Below, one piece after another: positions 37,779 to 48,721 of a DNA stretch of 64,000 nucleotides. The translations under genes and the position numbers were made by a program. Origin of the DNA: Acaryochloridaceae cyanobacterium OTE_25_metabat_464 (GTDB lineage: Bacteria > Cyanobacteriota > Cyanobacteriia > Thermosynechococcales > Thermosynechococcaceae); the NCBI GenBank assembly GCA_031362245.1, contig JANLSD010000014.1, positions 23,235 through 87,234 of the forward strand, in the 5' to 3' direction. The notes beneath the pieces are model-generated. The model had not been told where the DNA came from. It ran no database searches and was given only the letters and a program-made list of their open reading frames with translations. How positions within the stretch are numbered: the first letter of the stretch is position 1; every line of letters starts with the position of its first letter.

Positions 37779-38375
37779 CTATTTCATATAGCGGAACTTA
37801 ATTTGAACGACAGAAGGTGTATTGGAAACCTTAAACTTCGTGTCATCAAAGCTAGGGGCACTAAAACCGATCTCAGGATTATTAGAAAATCCAAACCCTT
37901 CTTCTGGAATCCCAAATGCGCCCTTATTTAATTTTGAATCGCTATTGGCATCATGAAATGCCGTAATGGCGTAATTTCCGGGCTTGAGATTTAGATCTCC
38001 AAGCATGATGGACGTGCCTTTGGTAGAAGCAGGCGCACAGCGTTTGACCACAAAATCAGGACTCGTGGCCTTGGGGAAATCCGTAGGGCCAGAGAACAGA
38101 CTTAAGCAAACTTGTCCCTGAGCATCCCTCACGCCATCAAACTTGACTTCTAATCCAGGACTAGGGGCGGCTACTGTGGCAGCAGGTTGAGCGACCTTGT
38201 CAATAGGCTTAGAGACGAGAGGCTTAGCGACAAAAGGCTTAAGGGGTTTGATCGAACGAGTGGGCAAGGTGGGTTTACGGCTGGGTTCAGCATGAAGTGG
38301 CTGCAAAAGAAAAGAATTAGCGGCAATTGATGCGCCCAAAATTCCCGCAAAGCAACCCAGCAGTTTATAGTTCAT
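37779..38375 (-). CDS. DUF2141-family secreted protein
   Basis: 198 aa with a signal peptide. AFHDANSDSKLNKGAFGIPEEGFGFSNN is the DUF2141 hallmark. Confidence 0.7.
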   Translation of the reverse strand: MNYKLLGCFAGILGASIAANSFLLQPLHAEPSRKPTLPTRSIKPLKPFVAKPLVSKPIDKVAQPAATVAAPSPGLEVKFDGVRDAQGQVCLSLFSGPTDFPKATSPDFVVKRCAPASTKGTSIMLGDLNLKPGNYAITAFHDANSDSKLNKGAFGIPEEGFGFSNNPEIGFSAPSFDDTKFKVSNTPSVVQIKFRYMK

Positions 38376-38648
38376 AATTCCTCAAATAGCTTCATAGATA
38401 GAATTGACGCGATCGCCCCTAGATTGAGTTCCCCACCGCTTTCCAATACTGTGGATTGCCCTACCCAAGGCTGTATCGAGAATGTACCTGCACAGACTAT
38501 AACTCTTGCAGAATATATTGTGTAGGGGCTAGGAATATTCTTCATCCAAACGCATACTGAGAGCGCTTTAATTCGCATACTGTGGATTAAACTGAAACCA
38601 GATGGGACTTTTAGCGCGTCAATTGGGTCAAACTCTTAGCCATTTTTT

Positions 38649-40379
38649 ATGAGCTGCAAATTCTCTCAGCGCTTCTATACATTTACCGTTTCTTTAGGCT
38701 TTATCCTCCTCGGCACTGGCTGTGCCAATTCACCTGACCCCCCCAATTCACCCGAGCAACCTCAGCTTCCAGGGTTTGAAGTGAAGTTTTTAGTCGGTAG
38801 TGCCTTAGGTCAGTTTTGTCAGCAGGCTGCGGCGCAGTACAATGCACAGTCGCCTAAGCTCCCTGATGGCAAAGACTTTCATTTAACCTGCGTGGCCCAA
38901 GGCAGTGGGGATGTGGTAGCAGATCTGGTGAATCGATCGCAGCAGCTCAAAGCAGGCTCGGTGCAGGCCGATGCCCCTGAATGGCCCACGCTGATTTCAG
39001 TGGATGGCGATATTTACCTAAGTCAGTTGGTGTACCAGATCAACCAGATCTTTCCAGGGCAGAACTACATTCCTGACGTGGCAGATGCACCCCTGGTTGC
39101 CAATAGCCCAATGGTGTTTATGACCCAGGCCGACTTGGCTCCAGGGTTACAAAAAGCAGCGGAACCCTTTAAAGCACTGGCAAACGCTAAAAATCATAAA
39201 GCACTAGACCCTGCTGCCCAAGCGATTCCCATTCACTATGTCCATACAGCACCCACGCGCTCTAATTCTGGGCTACAAACCCTGATTGCCCAATTTGCAG
39301 CAGTCTCTGGCAAGCGTCCCGAACAGTTAACGCCCGCAGATGTGGGGCTTTACCAAGGCAAGGTGCAGCAAATTCAGAGCAAGATTACCCGCTATGGCAT
39401 CTCTACCGATTCCTTGGCCAAGGCGATGGTGCAAAATGGCGTGTTTTGGGCCTCGGTAGGTTCGGTGTATGAGTCTTCTGTGATTGTGGCCAATGATGGC
39501 ATCCCCGCTGGACAGCCTCGCTATGAGGCGGTGTATCCCAATGCCACCTTTACCTCAAATATGCGGGTTATTTTGCCCAAAGCCCCGTGGGTCAGTGCCG
39601 ATGAGAACGCCGCTGGGGAGAAGGTGGTGGAGTATCTGCGATCGCCCCAGGCCCAGCAAATTGCCACCAATTTGGGGTTAAGACCAGGGGTTCCAGGGGT
39701 TGCCCTAGGGCCAAAGTTCACCAAAGCCTTTGGGGTAGACCCTCAGGCCCATTATGATTCTTACCGCGCCCCCAAGCCGGAGGTGGTGGATGCCATGCTG
39801 AAATCCTGGCAGGATTTTGCCAAAAAGCCTTCTCGCATTGCGCTGGTGGTAGATTCTTCGGGTTCTATGGCAGGGCCAAAAATGGCGGCGGTGCAGTCTA
39901 CCTTGCAAGCCTATATCAATAGCCTAGGCCCCAAAGAAGAAGTGGCATTGTTTGACTTTGACAGCAAAGTAAGAACTCCAATTTTGGCAGATGGTACCGC
40001 CCCAGGCAAAGCCAGGGGGATCGAATTTATTGGTGGGTTAAGCGCAGAGGGTGGCACAAAGCTCTACGATGCAGCCAGTGCAGCCCGAGGCTGGTTATCA
40101 GAACATTTACGGGGGGACGGCATCAACGCGGTAGTCATTCTCACCGATGGGCAAGACACCGATTCTCGGCTCACCCTCGATCAACTGGGGACGGAGTTGA
40201 AAAAGAGCGGTTTTGCCAGCGACCAACGGATTGCAGTGTTTACGGTCGGCTATGGCAATGCAGGGGAGTTTAGCCCCGATGTACTGAAGCAAATTGCCAG
40301 CGCCAACGGCGGCTACTATTCTCAAGGCGATCCGGCAACCATTGCCAAGCTCATGGCAAATTTACAGGTGGAGTTTTAG
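38649..40379 (+). CDS. Lipoprotein with solute-binding-like N-domain and C-terminal von Willebrand A domain
   Basis: 576 aa with lipobox LGTGC and MIDAS motif VVDSSGSMAG...TDGQDT. Confidence 0.7.
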   Translation: MSCKFSQRFYTFTVSLGFILLGTGCANSPDPPNSPEQPQLPGFEVKFLVGSALGQFCQQAAAQYNAQSPKLPDGKDFHLTCVAQGSGDVVADLVNRSQQLKAGSVQADAPEWPTLISVDGDIYLSQLVYQINQIFPGQNYIPDVADAPLVANSPMVFMTQADLAPGLQKAAEPFKALANAKNHKALDPAAQAIPIHYVHTAPTRSNSGLQTLIAQFAAVSGKRPEQLTPADVGLYQGKVQQIQSKITRYGISTDSLAKAMVQNGVFWASVGSVYESSVIVANDGIPAGQPRYEAVYPNATFTSNMRVILPKAPWVSADENAAGEKVVEYLRSPQAQQIATNLGLRPGVPGVALGPKFTKAFGVDPQAHYDSYRAPKPEVVDAMLKSWQDFAKKPSRIALVVDSSGSMAGPKMAAVQSTLQAYINSLGPKEEVALFDFDSKVRTPILADGTAPGKARGIEFIGGLSAEGGTKLYDAASAARGWLSEHLRGDGINAVVILTDGQDTDSRLTLDQLGTELKKSGFASDQRIAVFTVGYGNAGEFSPDVLKQIASANGGYYSQGDPATIAKLMANLQVEF

Positions 40380-40402
40380 CCCTAAGGATTTTCTGCAACC
40401 TT

Positions 40403-41140
40403 ATGAAATGGATTAACCCGCTCTATAGCCCTGCTGCTGTACTTTTAGGCTGCATAACCCTAGTGCTTGGTGTGCGCTTGGCGAAGGTGTCGAGCGCGGT
40501 TGTGGTACCTGTGGCGATCGCCGTTTCCACCCTCAGCGCCAGTCTCCTAACGCCCGCCAGCAAGACCCAGTCTGACCGTCCAGTCCAAGTCCAAAATCCG
40601 GCCCTTGCAACTGAACTTGCCACGATGCGAGAACAGGCCCAAACCCTAGCGCAAAAAGCGCAGAAACTTAGCGCAGAAGCCCATCAAATTTTAAATTCAT
40701 CGCCCTATATGGAGCTATTGGGAACCGTCCAGTTCGCCTGTGAACGCACCAGCGAACTCCCCGCTAAAATTGATGAGATTGCCCTACGATTGCAAGGTGA
40801 AGACTCTATTCTTTCTGTTGGCGAACTCCAAAACCAGCTTCGAGATGTACAGGATAAGCTCCGCCAAAAACCAGGAGCAGCGGCCCAAGCCCAGCTCATG
40901 AAGCTCTCCGATAGTCTCAAGAATAATATTCAGCTTACCCAGCAAGGCCAGGATGCTCGGCAAGCCCAGGTACTAAGTTTGTCCACCCTCATTTCAGAAT
41001 CGGCTGGGGTGCTTCAGACGATGAAAAATCAACTGAGATCGTTGGATCTAGAAGATGTCACCCAAGCCGATCAGCTGCGATCGCTCAGCAACGAACTACG
41101 GGATTTCCAAGAAAATCTAGACCTATTGGTGGTGCATTAA
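40403..41140 (+). CDS. Membrane-anchored coiled-coil protein
   Basis: 245 aa with two N-terminal hydrophobic segments, then Gln/Leu-rich heptad-like sequence. Starts 23 nt after the VWA gene. Confidence 0.5.
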   Translation: MKWINPLYSPAAVLLGCITLVLGVRLAKVSSAVVVPVAIAVSTLSASLLTPASKTQSDRPVQVQNPALATELATMREQAQTLAQKAQKLSAEAHQILNSSPYMELLGTVQFACERTSELPAKIDEIALRLQGEDSILSVGELQNQLRDVQDKLRQKPGAAAQAQLMKLSDSLKNNIQLTQQGQDARQAQVLSLSTLISESAGVLQTMKNQLRSLDLEDVTQADQLRSLSNELRDFQENLDLLVVH

Positions 41141-41264
41141 AAGGAGCTTGAAACGTTTTTAGAGATGTTAAAATCAACACGGATTGGGATCTGCTTCTGC
41201 ATTTAACAGGATTTGAGTCGCCTCGACACGATTGAACGCTAATGCTTCCATCAACAATGTCATG

Positions 41265-43427
41265 TCACTTCTCGCAAGAAGTCCCCTTTAAATCACACTC
41301 TAATCCCTTAATAAATACCTCACATTGATGCACCTGTTCCATATTTCCCTTGAGACGAAATAGCTCCCTAGCTTTTTCAAAATCACCTTTTGTGTTTTTA
41401 GAATAGTGATCTGCCTGACCTCTCTCCCAATAGACCCAAGGGTTTTGAGGATCTGCCTTGATCCGTTGAGTGAGTTCTGCAACGTGCTCAATATGGCGCT
41501 TTAATGACTCGACTCTTTCCTCTAATGATCGCGCTTTATCATCATTTTTCTGAGTCCGATATAGTTTGGCGGCTGTTTGAAAATCTGAAATTTGTTTCCC
41601 TATTTCGCCCGTCATTTCATAAATCTGGGCGCGACTTTCGTAGTATTCAGGTGACTGAGAATTGAGCTGAATTAAAGTTGTGTAATCGCCAATCGCCTTG
41701 TTAAATTGTTTCGCCCAAACATAAACATTTGCTCGGTCTGAGAGCATACCTTTATTCTTCGGATTTATCCTAAGAATGGAAGAATAGTCTGAGATCGACT
41801 GAGTATAGTTATTGCTTGTAAATGCATCTCTCGCCCGTTTTTCAAGCGCTTCAATATCTTTAGGATTCGTTTTAATCCGATTATTATTGAAGGCAACAGG
41901 ATCTTTCTCTTTTTCCAGATAGGCTAATGCATCGGAAACCATCTTATTTTGCGGCTCAATCTTCTGGGCAGCTTTATAGTCTGCGATCGCACCTTCAATA
42001 TCTTTCATTGTTTGCCGAACTTTCCCTCTTTGCAGATAAGCATGAACATTTTTAGGATTGAGCGCAATGAGCTGAGAATAATCAGCCAATGCTCCTTTGT
42101 CGTCGCTTTGCACGGTTCGCCACATCGCTCGCATCTCATAGGCATTTTGATTTTTTGGATCCAGTTTGAGGATGGCAGTATAGTCTGCGATCGCCCCAAC
42201 TGGGTTCGGCTGAGTTGAATAGAAAAAAGCCCGTTTGGCATAGGCTTGGAGATGATTGGGATTGAGCCGAATCACCTGAGCCAAATCTGAGATCGCCCCA
42301 GCCTTATCATTGAGCGAAAACCGATAATTGCCTCGGATCCAGTACGCTGATTCCGATTGAGGATCGAGTTGAATCACCCGATCAAGATCTTTGAGGGCAT
42401 CTTCACTTCGGCCCATCGAAATTGCATAATTGGCCCGTGCAAAGTAGAGATTGGCCGCCTTAGGAGATTGCTCAATGGCTTTGCTTATATCGGCGATCGC
42501 CCCGTTATAATCTCCCTGCTGCGCCTTGCTAGTGGCTCCAATAATCAGATCATCTACAGGACTGGCAGCGGCAGGATTGTTGGCAGGCAAAATGGACAAC
42601 TTTAGCCCTAATTCCGCTCCTCGCGCTGCAAGCGTCTCTACTGGAATCCCCAGATTGAACCCAGTTTTAACCACAATCCTAGGATTGGTTTGCGAGACTT
42701 CCAGCTTGCTATCCACATCGCCCCGACCATGAATCCCCACCAATTGGCCAATCTGATTAAAAACACCACCCCCACTCATCCCCGGCAGGGTTAGGTTGGT
42801 ATACACCATCCCATAGCCATCGTTAAAGGGCTTGCTACTGCGAGCGGTCAGGGTTCCTTCCGTAAAGATGTAGACAGATCTCGTAATCACCGCAGTCCCC
42901 ACTGGAAACCCAGCCACGTAGACGGGACTCGCCTCTCCCAACCCTTGGGAACTCCCCAAGACTGCCACGGGGTAGGGGCGATCGCTCGTGAAGGTGATGA
43001 TCGCAAGATCCACACCCGACAACCGCTGAATATGAGTTGCGGTATAGGTGTGATCATCCGAAAGTGTCAATGTGTAGGGAATGCTGTTCGTCACCACATG
43101 GGCCGCTGTAACAACGGTATAGATTTGTCCTTGACGTTGAATGATGACTCCAGACCCAGAACCTGCCTGACTCTGAATCAGGACTGACAGGGTTTTAATC
43201 TCTTGAGCAATCTCGGTTTTGGATAGTGTTGTAGCGATTTGGGTTGGGCGCGATAGTTGGGCGATCGCGTGACCAGAAAAACTTTCCGCCCGAACCGCTA
43301 AACTACCTTGAAAAGATCCTGACAGAGCACTAAAACGTGCTTGCCCACGTCCCATCGTGAGGATTAAAAGTGCCCCATAAAGCAACACTGTATTGAGTCT
43401 TACGTCACCATAAGATTTTTTAAACAT
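41265..43427 (-). CDS. Trypsin-like (S1) serine protease fused to TPR repeats
   Basis: 720 aa with TAAHVV (His), LPGMSGGGVF (Ser), then about 10 TPR-like units (repeated AIADY...L.P.N..AY). Confidence 0.75.
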   Translation of the reverse strand: MFKKSYGDVRLNTVLLYGALLILTMGRGQARFSALSGSFQGSLAVRAESFSGHAIAQLSRPTQIATTLSKTEIAQEIKTLSVLIQSQAGSGSGVIIQRQGQIYTVVTAAHVVTNSIPYTLTLSDDHTYTATHIQRLSGVDLAIITFTSDRPYPVAVLGSSQGLGEASPVYVAGFPVGTAVITRSVYIFTEGTLTARSSKPFNDGYGMVYTNLTLPGMSGGGVFNQIGQLVGIHGRGDVDSKLEVSQTNPRIVVKTGFNLGIPVETLAARGAELGLKLSILPANNPAAASPVDDLIIGATSKAQQGDYNGAIADISKAIEQSPKAANLYFARANYAISMGRSEDALKDLDRVIQLDPQSESAYWIRGNYRFSLNDKAGAISDLAQVIRLNPNHLQAYAKRAFFYSTQPNPVGAIADYTAILKLDPKNQNAYEMRAMWRTVQSDDKGALADYSQLIALNPKNVHAYLQRGKVRQTMKDIEGAIADYKAAQKIEPQNKMVSDALAYLEKEKDPVAFNNNRIKTNPKDIEALEKRARDAFTSNNYTQSISDYSSILRINPKNKGMLSDRANVYVWAKQFNKAIGDYTTLIQLNSQSPEYYESRAQIYEMTGEIGKQISDFQTAAKLYRTQKNDDKARSLEERVESLKRHIEHVAELTQRIKADPQNPWVYWERGQADHYSKNTKGDFEKARELFRLKGNMEQVHQCEVFIKGLECDLKGTSCEK

Positions 43428-43429
43428 CT

Positions 43430-44254
43430 TTAAACTGAGATGCCTAACTCAGTACGCCATTGACTTAAGGGTTTTTCCCAGTGATGCTCCCATTTTTGCG
43501 CCAAAAAGGGTTGAGATTGAGAACCTAGACGATATCCAGTGGAGATGTTGTCTAGCAAAAGGTCAAGCTGCTCTGGTACTTTCAGTAACGTTTGGAGCAA
43601 TCCCCCAGCCAGCAAGATCGCTGACATTGTGCGATGGGTTTGGGCTAGCTCAAAGGCTTTGAGTCCCAATTCTCCAGGAACATCCGTCTGAAATCCAGCC
43701 ACAATATGCCAAATATCATGGGTTTGGCGTAAGCGCATAAAGACATAGCTCACATCGTCTTCGATGAGCAGTGTGCGATAAAAATTAGGATCAAAGCCAG
43801 ATTCTATAATGTACTTGGCGTAGACAAACCCCAAAGAATCTGGAGGACAACACTGAAGTTGTTCAAGATTAGGCGGTGGAGCCAGGTATCGCTCGTGAAT
43901 AAGCGCTGCTACATCAGGGTGACGCTTCACAAATTCAACGGACAGTTGTGAAGCCTTGGTATGCCGCAACCCATCCTCTACGTCGTAGACAGATTCCGTT
44001 GCAGAGGGGTCGCGCAGCAGTGAGACGGCTCCCTTGAGCGTACTTAGGAATTCTAAATTAAGACTGTGGAGATCTAGCCGCATCGACTCACCTTCCTCAA
44101 TAGAAGCTTTTTCCGATTCGTACCTCAATTGTATTGCATCAAAGTTGACCCAGTTGGTTCCCACAAATTCGCACAAAGCATTCAAATTGTGAATGCTAGT
44201 AGACAGAGCTACAGCATGCAGTAGAAGATTAAGACAATGCGTAAGGGTATGCAA
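43430..44254 (-). CDS. Coq4-family protein
   Basis: HDIWHIVAGFQTDVPGELGL matches the Coq4 HDxxH-x(11)-E zinc motif. The start is uncertain; an alternative ATG is at 44083. Confidence 0.6.
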   Translation of the reverse strand: MHTLTHCLNLLLHAVALSTSIHNLNALCEFVGTNWVNFDAIQLRYESEKASIEEGESMRLDLHSLNLEFLSTLKGAVSLLRDPSATESVYDVEDGLRHTKASQLSVEFVKRHPDVAALIHERYLAPPPNLEQLQCCPPDSLGFVYAKYIIESGFDPNFYRTLLIEDDVSYVFMRLRQTHDIWHIVAGFQTDVPGELGLKAFELAQTHRTMSAILLAGGLLQTLLKVPEQLDLLLDNISTGYRLGSQSQPFLAQKWEHHWEKPLSQWRTELGISV

Positions 44255-44279
44255 GGTTGTGCCAGATTCGGATGGGTTT

Positions 44280-45263
44280 ATGCTGAGTGCTGAAATCTTA
44301 GGGGTTCGCCATGCCTATGAATTGACGCCCTCGGTGGGATCAGGCCCTGTTTTAGTTTTTATTCATGGATGGTTACTCAGTCGTCGTTACTGGGAACCTT
44401 TGGTTCAAGCTCTTTCTCCATCCTTTCAATGCTTAACCTACGATCTGCGAGGGTTTGGTGAGTCTGGTATGGATGCTCAAGCAGCCTCCGATGCAATAGA
44501 TGTCAGAGCCGCGATCTCGACACACCCAGAGTCTGCCCTAGATCCACGACAATCTTCTATCCAGTCCTGCTTATCCAAAAGTATCCAAACGCCCTATACC
44601 CCCGCAGCCTACGCTCAAGATTTAGTGCTGTTGCTCAAGCAGCTTAACCTCTCACAGGTATGGCTGGTGGGACATTCCCTCGGTGGAAGCATCGGCCTAT
44701 GGGCGGCAGCATTGGCACCGCATCTCGTAGAGGGAACCATCTGTCTCAATTCTGGTGGTGGGATCTACCTCAAAGAAGCCTTTGACCGTTTCCGTAACGC
44801 AGGCCAGCAAATGTTAGGGTTCCGGCCTGCTTGGTTGCCCTATGTTCCCTGTCTAGACCGGATCTTTAGCCGCATCATGGTCTCTCAACCTTTAGCACAA
44901 CAGTGGGGAAAGCAGCGCCTGATTGACTTTGTGGCTGCAAACTATGATGCGGCCCTGCGATCGCTCCTCGACTCCACCGTGCCTGAAGAAGTGCATTTAC
45001 TGCCCCAAATTGTGGCGCAACTCCAACAGCCTGTTTACTTTTTGGCAGGCCAACAGGATCGGGTGATGGAACTCAAGTATGTCTATCATTTAGCGAGTTT
45101 TCACCATAGCTTTAAGGCGGGTGAGCAAAATGTAATCGAAATCCCGCAGTGTGGACACATGGGGATGCTAGAGCAAACCGAGGCGATCGCCACAGCCATT
45201 GATAAAATCATTTATCAGAAAACAGGCCAATTGCCCAGCCTTAAAACTCAGTCGGCAGCGTAG
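44280..45263 (+). CDS. Alpha/beta-fold hydrolase
   Basis: VFIHGW oxyanion region, GHSLGG nucleophile elbow, C-terminal GHMGMLE His. The ORF opens at 44193; ATG at 44280 is preferred. Confidence 0.75.
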   Translation: MLSAEILGVRHAYELTPSVGSGPVLVFIHGWLLSRRYWEPLVQALSPSFQCLTYDLRGFGESGMDAQAASDAIDVRAAISTHPESALDPRQSSIQSCLSKSIQTPYTPAAYAQDLVLLLKQLNLSQVWLVGHSLGGSIGLWAAALAPHLVEGTICLNSGGGIYLKEAFDRFRNAGQQMLGFRPAWLPYVPCLDRIFSRIMVSQPLAQQWGKQRLIDFVAANYDAALRSLLDSTVPEEVHLLPQIVAQLQQPVYFLAGQQDRVMELKYVYHLASFHHSFKAGEQNVIEIPQCGHMGMLEQTEAIATAIDKIIYQKTGQLPSLKTQSAA

Positions 45264-45978
45264 AGGATCTTTTGCTAAACCGAAACTGACGAACCCACCG
45301 CGTTAAAACCCAAATATAAATAAAGCAAGTGCCTGAAATAATGGCACCAAAGAACGCCTTAAAGCTGGTCTTAAAGAGCTTTAGTCGCCGATCTGCCCCA
45401 TCTGCTTCAGCCTGTTTCCGAATCGTGGGTTTTCCCTTTTCGACGGTGCCTAATAACTCTTGCCTGAGTTCAGGAAAGTCTTTGTCTGCAAGCGCTGGAG
45501 GGAGCGGCTGACCACTAAATCGACTAAATAAGCTACTCAATTCTGGTTTAGATTTTGCTTGCTTTAGCCTGAGTTGAATCTGCTCTACCTGCGTCATGCG
45601 CTGATCTGTAAAGGTATTGGTTTGCTCTGTCAACACACCGTCTAGACGGAAGCTATTCACCACCAGTAAAGGTGACAGGACAAGATACGCAATGCCCACA
45701 AAAAAGGCAGCCCACGAAATCCCCTTCAGCAAAACGAACTCCAGCTTAATCCGATGGCGAAGATCTTGATAAAACACAAAGGCTAGACCAATCAGGGGTA
45801 CTGCGACGCGCTCTACCAACTCTGTAATGGTCTGAAGTTCCCACTCAGGATTCATAAAACGGGCGGGAATAAAGATGCTGATAATGTCAGCGAAAGATAG
45901 CAACAGCAAAACATATCCAACTAGCCTCAGCGTTTTTATGGTTAAAATCTGAGGCTGGGAATCAGACGGGTCAGACAT
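45241..45978 (-). CDS. Multi-pass membrane protein (HpsJ-like)
   Basis: From MSDPSDSQ... there are 4 predicted TM segments. NPEWELQTITELVERVAVPLIGL resembles the HpsJ family. The assignment is from memory only. Confidence 0.45.
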   Translation of the reverse strand: MSDPSDSQPQILTIKTLRLVGYVLLLLSFADIISIFIPARFMNPEWELQTITELVERVAVPLIGLAFVFYQDLRHRIKLEFVLLKGISWAAFFVGIAYLVLSPLLVVNSFRLDGVLTEQTNTFTDQRMTQVEQIQLRLKQAKSKPELSSLFSRFSGQPLPPALADKDFPELRQELLGTVEKGKPTIRKQAEADGADRRLKLFKTSFKAFFGAIISGTCFIYIWVLTRWVRQFRFSKRSSTLPTEF

Positions 45979-46108
45979 GATGCAAAATCCTTCGGGAATC
46001 AATATCGAAAATAATATCTGGTTGTGATCTGTGTGGGCTGAAATCTCTAAAAGATTAACAGGCCGATTGCGGCCCTTGGGCAATGGTCGCCAAAAAATCT
46101 GCTTAATG

Positions 46109-47149
46109 TCATTGATAGAGAGACATCACATCGGCGATCGCCATTCTAGACTGCGCCCCTAACCCTAAGTTAGACCGATGCCCCAACCGCAAATGATCCG
46201 CAGCCGCACAGGCCACCATTGCAGCATTATCGGTACACAATGCCATTTTGGGAAAGATGACCGTGAGACCTTGGGCCTCGGCGGCAGTGCGAAGGTGCGA
46301 TCGCAGTCCACTATTGGCCGCTACCCCACCCCCAATCACAATGGTGCTGAGTCCATAGTTCAACGCACAATTCACCGTGCGACGGGCCAGAGACTTGGCG
46401 ATCGTGTACTGAAAACTAGCCGCCAAATCCTCAATCGGCAGTGGCCCAGAATCAGCCTTCAGTTTTTCCACCAGCCGCAGCATCGCCGTCTTGAGTCCAC
46501 TAAAGCTGGTGTCGTAGGGATGATATCCGCCCTGAGGCAAGGAAATATTACCCTCAGGCAACGGGAAGGCCCTAGGGTTGCCGAGCTGTGCCGCTTGATC
46601 CATCGCAGGGCCACCGGGATACCCTAACCCCATCAGCCGCGCCACTTTATCAAACGCCTCCCCCACTGCATCATCTCGGGTTTGGCCTACGGTTTCATAC
46701 ACCCCGCAGTCCTTTACCAAAATGAGGCTGGTATGGCCTCCTGACACTAAAAGACACAAAAATGGAGGCGCTAAGTCAGGCTGCTCTAGGTAAGATGCAT
46801 AAATATGGCCTTCAAGATGATGGATCCCTAAAAAAGGCTTGTCGTAGAGCATTGCCAAGGTCTTTGCCGCCGTCAGGCCCACCAGGAGCGATCCCATCAG
46901 GCCAGGGGCACAGGTTGAAGCCACCCCATCAATCTCAGCCCAACTGAGTCCTGACTGCGCCACAGCCGCCTCCACTGTCGCGTTAATGGTTGCCACATGC
47001 TGACGCGATGCCACCTCCGGCACAACGCCCCCGAAGGGTTGGTGGGTCAAAATCTGAGACGATACCACATCACTTAAAATGTGACGTTTGTTTACAACTG
47101 CGGCGGCAGTTTCGTCACAACTCGTTTCAATTGCTAAAACAGTGGCCAT
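46109..47149 (-). CDS. tsaD: tRNA N6-adenosine threonylcarbamoyltransferase TsaD
   Basis: 346 aa; [25 protein letters not shown] and GYPGGP are Kae1/TsaD signatures. Confidence 0.9.
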   Translation of the reverse strand: MATVLAIETSCDETAAAVVNKRHILSDVVSSQILTHQPFGGVVPEVASRQHVATINATVEAAVAQSGLSWAEIDGVASTCAPGLMGSLLVGLTAAKTLAMLYDKPFLGIHHLEGHIYASYLEQPDLAPPFLCLLVSGGHTSLILVKDCGVYETVGQTRDDAVGEAFDKVARLMGLGYPGGPAMDQAAQLGNPRAFPLPEGNISLPQGGYHPYDTSFSGLKTAMLRLVEKLKADSGPLPIEDLAASFQYTIAKSLARRTVNCALNYGLSTIVIGGGVAANSGLRSHLRTAAEAQGLTVIFPKMALCTDNAAMVACAAADHLRLGHRSNLGLGAQSRMAIADVMSLYQ

Positions 47150-47317
47150 TAGCTGGTAGTTTTTTTGAATGAGTATGCCTATTCTCTCAAAACTTCAACC
47201 CTTTACGGATTGTTTTGTAAAGCGCTCCTAAGCTTACGAGTATTTAGGCGATTTATAGCGAAAAGTCTTTTTTGCTTTTATGACTGGCTTGTTGTGTAAA
47301 TAAAGGGAAACAACTCT

Positions 47318-47812
47318 ATGCGTCGTTTGTTTGCTCTCATCTTAGTTTTTACCCTGTGGTTTGGCTTTGCGCCATCAGCATCAGCAGATGTTGCAGGTCT
47401 CACCAAGTGCAGTGACACGCCTGCGTTTCAGCAACGGGCTAAAACAGCACGCCCAACCACCGACGATCCAGATTCTGGAGCCAAGCGGTTTGAGCGTTAT
47501 GGTCAAGCCCTTTGTGGTCCTGAAGGTCTACCTCACCTCATCGTAGATGGTCGTTTCAGCCATGCTGGTGACTTTCTATATCCGAGCATCATGTTTCTTT
47601 ACATCACGGGAACCATTGGCTGGGCCGGTCGCTCTTATTTGATTGCGATTCGCAAAGACAAGAATCCGGCAATGTCAGAAATTATTCTTAATCTTCCGCT
47701 AGCGCTCAAATGTACAGTAGGTGCTGCCCTATGGCCTCTATTGGCTTTCAAGGAACTGACATCGGGCGAACTGTTGGTCAATGAGAGCGAAATTACGGTT
47801 TCCCCTCGTTAA
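47318..47812 (+). CDS. psaF: Photosystem I subunit III (PsaF)
   Basis: Signal peptide, then [19 protein letters not shown]...[23 protein letters not shown]. Confidence 0.9.
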   Translation: MRRLFALILVFTLWFGFAPSASADVAGLTKCSDTPAFQQRAKTARPTTDDPDSGAKRFERYGQALCGPEGLPHLIVDGRFSHAGDFLYPSIMFLYITGTIGWAGRSYLIAIRKDKNPAMSEIILNLPLALKCTVGAALWPLLAFKELTSGELLVNESEITVSPR

Positions 47813-47868
47813 AACACATCCGTTCAGTCGTTAATTTCTGCATCTTAAACGTCCATTTGGAGAACACA

Positions 47869-47985
47869 ATGGCAAAATTTTTGGCCTCTGCCCCTGTTGT
47901 AGCCGCAGTCTGGTTTACCCTAACCGCTGGAATTATGATTGAATTTAATCGGTTTTTCCCCGATTTGCTCTTTCATCCCCTCTAA
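47869..47985 (+). CDS. psaJ: Photosystem I subunit IX (PsaJ)
   Basis: This 38-aa ORF is not in the supplied track (too short): [38 protein letters not shown]. The [15 protein letters not shown] tail is diagnostic. GGAGAA lies upstream. Confidence 0.85.
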   Translation: MAKFLASAPVVAAVWFTLTAGIMIEFNRFFPDLLFHPL

Positions 47986-48152
47986 ATCAGCCAAGTCTAA
48001 ACTTGTCTTAATTCTCGGATGGGAAATGAGGGTTTTTTATCGAAATCCTGATTTTCTCGCAAAGCCACCTTGTTTTCTCAACTGCTCCAGTTGTTAAAAT
48101 GAGGTGGCTTTGTTTTGCTATTGTTGTCACCTAACGTTAAAAAGAGAAAATC

Positions 48153-48614
48153 ATGGCAGTAGATGTAATTAAAGCTCCAGGCGATCCACAAATTGGGAAT
48201 TTAGCCACGCCTATCAACTCTTCTGCGTTGACCAAGGCATGGCTCCAAAACTTGCCTGCCTATCGTGTGGGTCTTAAGCCCTCACGACGTGCCCTTGAGA
48301 TTGGTATGGCCCACGGCTATTTGCTCTACGGCCCTTTTGCAAAGTTAGGGCCGCTCCGTAACTCGGAAAGCGCGAGCTTGGCAGGTGTTTTGGGTGCGGC
48401 TGGGCTAGTGATCATTTTGACACTTTGCCTATCGCTATATGCTGCCACTAAACCCGATGCGCCCCTGAGCAATTTAGCTGCTCCTGCCCCTAAAGATTTA
48501 GCTGGGGCTGAAGGCTGGAGCGAGTTTGCCCGCAGCTTTTTGATCGGTGGTTTGGGTGGTGTCGTAACGGCGGGTGCGTTTTCATTGCTGCTAGAAACCG
48601 TTGGGTTGATCTAG
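48153..48614 (+). CDS. psaL: Photosystem I subunit XI (PsaL)
   Basis: 153 aa; NLATPINSS...NLPAYRVGL.P..RALEIGMAHGY plus two C-terminal TM helices. Confidence 0.88.
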   Translation: MAVDVIKAPGDPQIGNLATPINSSALTKAWLQNLPAYRVGLKPSRRALEIGMAHGYLLYGPFAKLGPLRNSESASLAGVLGAAGLVIILTLCLSLYAATKPDAPLSNLAAPAPKDLAGAEGWSEFARSFLIGGLGGVVTAGAFSLLLETVGLI

Positions 48615-48630
48615 CGAAACGCTGTCGGAA

Positions 48631-48653
48631 AGGGCGCAATGCCTTGCGCCCCT
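48631..48653. repeat. Small GC-rich palindromic repeat (terminator-like hairpin after psaL)
   Basis: AGGGCGCAATGCCTTGCGCCCCT has an 8-bp stem GGGCGCAA/TTGCGCCC. A near-identical copy lies in opposite orientation at 56699-56722. Confidence 0.45.
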
Positions 48654-48721
48654 GCGATGTGGTCACTTTTGTAGGAATGACTTTAATGATGCCTGCGTTT
48701 GACGAGATGAATCCACGCCGG

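Noticed and set aside
41174-41263. 29-codon ORF MTLLMEALAFNRVEATQILLNAEADPNPC starting 1 nt after the protease-TPR stop; it looks like a single ankyrin repeat
   Set aside because: It is too short to fold as an ankyrin domain and has no SD. It is probably a remnant or chance similarity.
47986-48152. Possible terminator or psaI-like small ORF between psaJ and psaL
   Set aside because: AAAGCCACC...GGTGGCTTT can pair, but the loop is about 33 nt, so it is a weak terminator candidate. No hydrophobic ORF of about 35-40 aa resembling PsaI is present on either strand.
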